Notes under the pieces: model-generated | What the model saw: the letters and a program-made list of their open reading frames with translations, nothing else | What the model was told of the DNA's origin: nothing | Database searches by the model: none | Made by a program: the position numbers and the translations under genes | Shown: positions 6,051 to 10,619 of the stretch, in pieces | Layout of the letters: each line of letters opens with the position of its first letter | Position numbering within the stretch: the first letter of the stretch is position 1 | Assembly (NCBI GenBank): GCA_016840425.1 | Contig: JAEOSI010000059.1 | Location: 1-10,619, forward strand | DNA length: 10,619 nucleotides | Origin: Candidatus Wukongarchaeum yapensis | GTDB taxonomy: Archaea; Asgardarchaeota; Wukongarchaeia; Wukongarchaeales; Wukongarchaeaceae | Direction of reading: 5' to 3'

Positions 6051-6713
6051 GTGCAGAAGTGGTTGAATAAACCCTTAGTCGTTGCAACAACGGATATTCA
6101 GGCATATTATTGCTTAGTCAATTTGTTAAAAAAAGCAGGTTTTAGTGATTTTATGAGTTTATTACCTGAATCAGAACTGCCTCCTAATGCGATTATTCTT
6201 ACGACGAAGGTTGAAGGTAAAAAGATAGCGCGTAGGAAGGAGGGCAACTTTAGGGTTATAAGTTTTAATTTTAATGGAAGGGATAAAACGGTCGAAGACC
6301 TTGATTTAATTGTTAAAATTCTGGAACAGGAAAAGGGTAAAAAAGTTTTTGAAAAAAGTGTTATAGGGATAGATCCTGGTTCTAAATATACGGGGCTTGC
6401 TTTGTTAGTTGAAGATCAGGTGGTTTATACCTGTAGGCGCCAAGGGATTGAAGAGGTTGAAAAAACTCTTTCTAAGATTCTTAGATTAGTTAAAGCACGA
6501 AGAAGAGTGGTAAAGTTAGGGGAAGGGTGGGGAAGAGAAGCAAAGAAATGGATTGAACATTTTAAGAATTTTGTTAAACGTAAAAAAAACGTCGAGTTTT
6601 ATGTAGTTCCTGAACATGGAACTACTAAAAAGAAGTCCAAAAATTTTGGAAAAGACCAGGCTGCAGCTATTCAAATTGCCTATCGTCCTGAAAATTTTGA
6701 GCGTGATGGTTGA
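6051..6713 (+). CDS. YqgF/RuvX-like RNase H-fold nuclease with an extra N-terminal domain
   Basis: IGIDPGSKYTGLA, VPEHGTT and KDQAAAIQIA match the three acidic-residue motifs of YqgF-type nucleases, after an ~100-aa N-terminal alpha/beta region. GTG start. Confidence 0.72.
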   Translation: MQKWLNKPLVVATTDIQAYYCLVNLLKKAGFSDFMSLLPESELPPNAIILTTKVEGKKIARRKEGNFRVISFNFNGRDKTVEDLDLIVKILEQEKGKKVFEKSVIGIDPGSKYTGLALLVEDQVVYTCRRQGIEEVEKTLSKILRLVKARRRVVKLGEGWGREAKKWIEHFKNFVKRKKNVEFYVVPEHGTTKKKSKNFGKDQAAAIQIAYRPENFERDG

Positions 6714-6764
6714 AGATTTATGGAAAAGCCAAAGATTTTTGAGAAGAGCGTGATGGTTGAAGAT
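6699..6764 (+). repeat. Exact 19-bp direct repeat, 47-bp period, across a gene junction
   Basis: GAGCGTGATGGTTGAAGAT at 6699-6717 and 6746-6764; flanks extend the match imperfectly. Confidence 0.9.
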
Positions 6765-7067
6765 CTAAAAATTAACTGTTTTACAGTGGTTTTTGAGAAT
6801 GGTGTTTTTGTGTCAATATTTGGGGAAAAAGCGAAGATTGGGAGTCTTGTTTTAGCCGTTCCGATGACGATCGATGGTGAAACGCAATCTATAGTCATTT
6901 CTGGTAAAGAAGACCTGTTGCCGAGGGCGTTTTCAGAAAAGGTTGCTCATGTTTTAAATAAGTTTGTTCTGTTATCATTAAGTGCTGATGTTGCCGCTGA
7001 AGCTAATAAAAAGGAAATATTTGAGTTACTAAATTCTGTGATGGTGGAGATAAAAAAGGAGAGCTAA
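6720..7067 (+). CDS. Proteasome assembly chaperone 4 (PAC4)-like / LpdD-like small alpha/beta protein
   Basis: Pattern VFVSIFG..KIGSLVLAVP...SIVISG...AFSEKVAHVLNKFVLLS plus a terminal helix resembles the PAC4-type consensus (lG.La.a.P...s..l.G...a..lA..l.k.v.vS). 6 nt after the nuclease gene and 2 nt before ubiX. Confidence 0.55.
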   Translation: MEKPKIFEKSVMVEDLKINCFTVVFENGVFVSIFGEKAKIGSLVLAVPMTIDGETQSIVISGKEDLLPRAFSEKVAHVLNKFVLLSLSADVAAEANKKEIFELLNSVMVEIKKES

Positions 7068-7069
7068 AA

Positions 7070-7651
7070 GTGGGCACAAGAAAAAGGATGATTGTGGCTA
7101 TTACGGGGGCAAGTGGTGTAAATTATGGTATAAAGTTTCTTGAAGTCCTTAAAAATTTAGGCTTGGAAACCCATCTTATACTATCTAATGCTGGAAAAAA
7201 GATAATATCTATTGAAGGACGACTTAGTGTTTCTGAAGTTGAAAAGTTGGCTTCATACACGTATCATGAAGACGATATAGGTTCTGCTTTGGCTAGCGGT
7301 TCTTTTATCGTTGATTCTATGGTGGTAGTTCCTTGTAGCATGGGAACCCTTTCTGCCATTGCGCATGATTTCGAGAACAATCTTATAACGAGGGCCGCTG
7401 GATGCGTATTAAAACAAGGAAAAAAGTTAGTTCTAGTACCTCGCGAAACTCCCTTAAGCATTATCCAGCTAGAGAACATGGTGAAAGTTGCAAAATCTGG
7501 GGCAATTATTCTTCCAGCAATGCCCGCATTTTACCCCCAACCAAAGACCATCAAAGATTTAGAGGATTTCATTTGCGGCAAAATCCTTGACCTTTTAGGT
7601 ATAGATCACCAACTTTACAAAAGATGGGAAGGAGAAAATAAGAAGATTTGA
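7070..7651 (+). CDS. ubiX: Flavin prenyltransferase UbiX
   Basis: ITGASG, LASGSF, VVVPCSMGTLSAIA, NLITRAA, LVLVPRETPLS, PAMPAFY motifs; 193 aa. Confidence 0.96.
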   Translation: MGTRKRMIVAITGASGVNYGIKFLEVLKNLGLETHLILSNAGKKIISIEGRLSVSEVEKLASYTYHEDDIGSALASGSFIVDSMVVVPCSMGTLSAIAHDFENNLITRAAGCVLKQGKKLVLVPRETPLSIIQLENMVKVAKSGAIILPAMPAFYPQPKTIKDLEDFICGKILDLLGIDHQLYKRWEGENKKI

Positions 7652-7730
7652 AAGGGATAGGAATCATCGCAAATCATAGAATCCAAAAATCCTGTTTTCG
7701 GACAAAAAATCGTCTACTGTCTATTATTTA

Positions 7731-7757
7731 TTTTTTTATGTTTGAGCGAATTTTTTT
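7731..7757 (+). terminator. Oligo-T tracts, possible terminator of the ubiX operon
   Basis: T7 runs at 7731-7737 and 7751-7757 between convergent genes; archaeal intrinsic termination uses oligo-U tracts. Confidence 0.35.
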
Positions 7758-7824
7758 GAGGTTTTTAGGATTATTATGCATATCACGGCTTAAGTTATTA
7801 ATACTACTAATAGTTGCCAGAAGT

Positions 7825-8439
7825 TCATGTTGAAGCGGATTTGAAGAGAAAGTCTTTCAATTTTCCATCATAATATTTGGTAGCCGGGCAGCCTAAACAA
7901 TGTTTTTTTTGAAACTTCTCGCATTCTTTACAGTTAAGGTTGCAAGGCGTTACCTCTTTGTTTGTTTGTGTGAGCTGTAATCGTATGGGCATGAAAGGCG
8001 GGAAAAGCTGTGTTCCGACATGGAGAACGTTGCTCCTACGGATTCCGGGGAATGTTCTTATAACACATGAGGTAAGTATTGTTTCAAGGGTTTGTTTGTT
8101 CTCTGCGTACACGATTGCCATAAGGTCGTATTCACCGATAATGCTTGTAAGCTGAATGATTCGTGGACAGTTCTTGAAAGTGTTGACAATTTCTTGTTTC
8201 TTTTCAGAATTTTCAGTTTCAATCAAAACTACCACGATTTCTAGGTTCAATTTGGAAGGGTTTACGCCTATGTAAGGCTTTATGAACTGTTCTTCCTTGA
8301 GTTTTAGTAAGCGTTCTCTTACGGTTACGTGGGATAATCCGACTTTTCTGCCGAGCTCGGAAAGAGAAATTCGAGCGTTTTCTGCTAAAAGCGCCATGAT
8401 ATGAATGTCAACATCGTCAAGCTTTTTTTCTCGAGCCAT
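7825..8439 (-). CDS. Lrp/AsnC family regulator with C-terminal Cys-rich extension
   Basis: LDDVDIHIMALLAENARISLSELGRKVGLSHVTVRERLLKL HTH; TSIIGEYDLMAIV RAM-domain motif; tail CNLNCKECEKFQKKHCLGC. ATG 8439 preferred over TTG 8448. Confidence 0.93.
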   Translation of the reverse strand: MAREKKLDDVDIHIMALLAENARISLSELGRKVGLSHVTVRERLLKLKEEQFIKPYIGVNPSKLNLEIVVVLIETENSEKKQEIVNTFKNCPRIIQLTSIIGEYDLMAIVYAENKQTLETILTSCVIRTFPGIRRSNVLHVGTQLFPPFMPIRLQLTQTNKEVTPCNLNCKECEKFQKKHCLGCPATKYYDGKLKDFLFKSAST

Positions 8440-8450
8440 TTTAATCAACT

Positions 8451-8476
8451 TACAATTTGTAGGATAAAACTTATAA
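8451..8476 (-). promoter_or_regulatory. TATA box and palindromic operator candidate of the Lrp gene
   Basis: Minus-strand TTATAAGT at 8476-8469 and perfect palindrome TACAA-T-TTGTA at 8451-8461 between TATA and start codon. Confidence 0.45.
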
Positions 8477-8616
8477 TTATCTACATATTAAAAGATTTCG
8501 TATAAGTTTTATTAAAAAATAAAAAATTGAGACAAATATCGGTGTTATTTTGCTTATTTGCCCATAAATATGGAGCCGATAAATCGAATAGTTAAAGAGA
8601 AGGTTTGTGGGTAGAG

Positions 8617-9447
8617 ATGGAGCCCATATATATTATTGCTCTAATAATAACGGGCATAGCAGTAGGTTTCTTTGGTGGAATGCTTGGGGTTGGTGGATGT
8701 TTCATAATGGTTCCGGTGATGATCGCTGTTTATTCCGCTGCTTATCCAAGCGCATCTACAGACACTATAGTGAGATTAGCCTTCGGAACAAACCTTTTAG
8801 TAGTGTTTCCAACAGCGATGATGGGCGCATATAACCACGATAAGAAGGGCGCTGTTTGGTGGAGAGCAGGATTGTACATCGGAGCGTTCACAGCGATCGG
8901 CGTTGTAGTTGGGGCGATACTTGCAGCACATACCCCTGGAGCTACGTTAAAGGCTATTTTCGGTGCAGCAGTTCTTATTGGCGCTGTTAGAATGATCACC
9001 GCAAAGCCGCCTAAAGTTGGAGAAGAACCCATCAAAGATCTTCGAATTTGGTTGGCTGTAGGCGTTCCTATGGGCGTAGTTATCGGCCTAATAGGAATAG
9101 GCGGCGGTTTACTCATGGTACCCCTTATGGCGATAATACTACACTTTAAGATACATAACGCGGTGGGGACTTCTACAGCGATTATGATGATAACATCGAT
9201 CATAGGCGCGATCGCTTACGCTTTAAACGGCTTGAACGTTTCTGATCTACCGGAGTACTCAATAGGATACGTGAACTTGTTGGCTTGGATATGTTTAGCG
9301 GCAACGAGTGTCCCGATGGCAATAGTCGGGGTCAAAGCTGCACACAAAACAAAACCAAAAGAACTAAAGAATATATTCGCCATAGTTCTGTTCTATGTCG
9401 GCTTAAAAATGATCGGCGTATTTAAAGTATTAGGCTTGCCTTTGTAG
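8617..9447 (+). CDS. TauE/SafE family sulfite/sulfur-compound exporter
   Basis: Two GxxGxGGG repeats (GGMLGVGGCFIMVP; GLIGIGGGLLMVP), AVGTS motif, about eight hydrophobic segments. ATG 8617 preferred over GTG 8605. Confidence 0.92.
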   Translation: MEPIYIIALIITGIAVGFFGGMLGVGGCFIMVPVMIAVYSAAYPSASTDTIVRLAFGTNLLVVFPTAMMGAYNHDKKGAVWWRAGLYIGAFTAIGVVVGAILAAHTPGATLKAIFGAAVLIGAVRMITAKPPKVGEEPIKDLRIWLAVGVPMGVVIGLIGIGGGLLMVPLMAIILHFKIHNAVGTSTAIMMITSIIGAIAYALNGLNVSDLPEYSIGYVNLLAWICLAATSVPMAIVGVKAAHKTKPKELKNIFAIVLFYVGLKMIGVFKVLGLPL

Positions 9448-9737
9448 CTGTGCGTTAACTAAATTTCCCATAATCTCGGGGTTGTCGTTTCAACCAGGAA
9501 GCTCTTTCGAAATTGAGTAAAAGTGAAATGAGCATTAAAAGGGTTTAAGAATGGCCTAGGTACAATGTTTTCCCTCACGAGACAGAAGAAACTTTTGATA
9601 AATTTGTAATTATTTCGAACATTATCAGCATAATTATCATTGATAACATGGGTTTAACAAACATTTTTAAAAAATAAAAAGAAACAAAAATTTCTCAAAT
9701 ATCTCAAAAAACGAAAGAAAGGAAACATTTCCCTCTG

Positions 9738-10439
9738 CTAAAAATTGCTATTTCCACCATCTTTTACCATCGTTTTGGAAAGTTTTTTAGCTATCTTTAA
9801 GCTCTCCAAGATATCGTTTATAAGCACCTCTATTTCCCCTTTTATCTCTTTCATTTGTATCTCATTTTTAATCAGTCGACCTCCAAACATGATTTTCACC
9901 TTCTCCCTTACACTCTCTTTTTTCAAAGTTTCAAGTACTTCCTTTATTGTAGGTATTGTTTTTGCCTGAGTTGCTGAGAATACTAAGATCCCGCCACCGC
10001 TCTCTTTAACCTTATTAGCGATGGTTTCTGGAGTAGCTGGTTTTCTAAAATTGTGGACTTTGAACCCTTCTGCTTTGAATATTAGTGAAAGTATATCCTT
10101 TATTATTGAGTGTCCTTCCCCTTTAACACAAGCAAAAATCGCCACACCAATAGGTTCAGATGCTTTTATATGTTTATCTAAAGCTCCAAAGAGGCTGTAA
10201 ACTGTTAAAGTGATCTCGGTGAAGTTCCTCATGGTCTCTATCCCCTCTTTAGTTCGGCCATCTACGGATGAAATACTTTCCCCGTACTCAACAACAGCCC
10301 TTAAAATGCCTTTCATTAAAATATCTTTTACAGAATATCCTTACACACTCATTAAAGATTCAGCGATAGATAAGGCCTTTCTGGTATCGCCCTTTTTAAT
10401 TGTGGTAACCAGTTTTTCTAATCCTTCATCTCTCATCAT
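9738..10439 (-). pseudogene. Divergent corrinoid (B12-binding) protein with an in-frame TAA at 10343-10341
   Basis: The frame upstream of the 192-aa ORF continues as MMRDEGLEKLVTTIKKGDTRKALSIAESLMSV*GYSVKDILMKGIL, matching the B12 cap domain. C-terminal Rossmann domain has GEGHSIIK, SAT and MFGG. AGGTG RBS before ATG 10439. Confidence 0.8.
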
Positions 10440-10510
10440 TCTAACCACCTTTCCTTCTTTCATCCTCTTTTAATCATTTTATTTTACATTTTGTTATCCT
10501 TGTTCCTCTC

Positions 10511-10580
10511 TTTCAAAATTTGAAAAAATAGGGTAATAAAAAGGAAAGCGAAGTAAGCCCTACTTTTATAAATTTTTACC
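10511..10580 (-). promoter_or_regulatory. Candidate promoter (TTTATAAA 10566-10573) and 15-bp palindrome upstream of the corrinoid gene
   Basis: Minus strand GTAAAAA-TTTATAAA; palindrome TTTCAAA-A-TTTGAAA at 10511-10525. Confidence 0.4.
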
Positions 10581-10619
10581 GTTTTTAATCCTTCTACTTT
10601 TCCTTATTCTGGGTTTGGG

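Noticed and set aside
6338-6764. Peptide similarity KVFEKSVIGID (nuclease) versus KIFEKSVMVED (PAC-like)
   Set aside because: Only 11 residues, weak nucleotide identity and no extension; chance in a K/E/V-rich proteome is adequate.
6680-7590. ORFs 6680-6898 (-), 7264-7479 (-) and 7402-7590 (+)
   Set aside because: Fully overlap well-supported genes on the opposite strand or in another frame; no motifs.
7648-7833. 61-aa ORF filling the ubiX-Lrp gap, with TTGA overlap on the ubiX stop
   Set aside because: Composition reflects T-rich terminator-like tracts, no RBS or family signal; only ribosome profiling could rescue it.
6699-8628. Both short duplications (6699/6746 and 8570/8617) have a 47-bp period
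   Set aside because: The sequences are unrelated and two cases cannot show a common mechanism; treated as coincidence.
10341-10343. Pyrrolysine or selenocysteine read-through in the corrinoid gene
   Set aside because: The codon is TAA, not TAG or TGA, and Pyl occurs in the methyltransferases rather than their corrinoid partners.
7940-10473. ORFs 7940-8155, 8607-8834, 8742-9203, 9745-9969 and 10210-10473
   Set aside because: Antisense or out-of-frame shadows of the Lrp, tauE and corrinoid genes.
1-10619. tRNA, rRNA, transposase or integrase genes
   Set aside because: No cloverleaf, rRNA-like segment, or DDE, HUH, TnpB or tyrosine-recombinase motifs were recognised on either strand.

Overview
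AT-rich archaeal chromosomal window (HMf-type histones, TATA/BRE promoters, GGAGG/GAGGTG RBSs, TTG/GTG starts); an Asgard- or Bathyarchaeia-like lineage is plausible but cannot be fixed from sequence. Left to right: the 3' end of a probable ThiF/E1-like gene; a 1.55-kb segment bounded by a 78-bp direct repeat, holding a pyridoxamine-phosphate-oxidase-like gene flanked by two diverged copies of a small unknown gene; a PflX-like radical SAM gene; an ACT-regulator/homoserine dehydrogenase operon; a near-perfect tandem duplication of a histone gene; a Urm1/SAMP-like ubiquitin-fold protein; a tight three-gene operon (YqgF-like RNase H-fold nuclease, PAC4/LpdD-like protein, UbiX); a Cys-tailed Lrp regulator divergent from a TauE/SafE exporter preceded by a short uORF; and a divergent corrinoid-protein gene split by an in-frame TAA. 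The best candidates for undescribed biology are the nuclease/PAC-fold/UbiX operon, the Cys-tailed Lrp/TauE module and the repeat-bounded islet. All family calls come from motif recognition by eye, not database searches.
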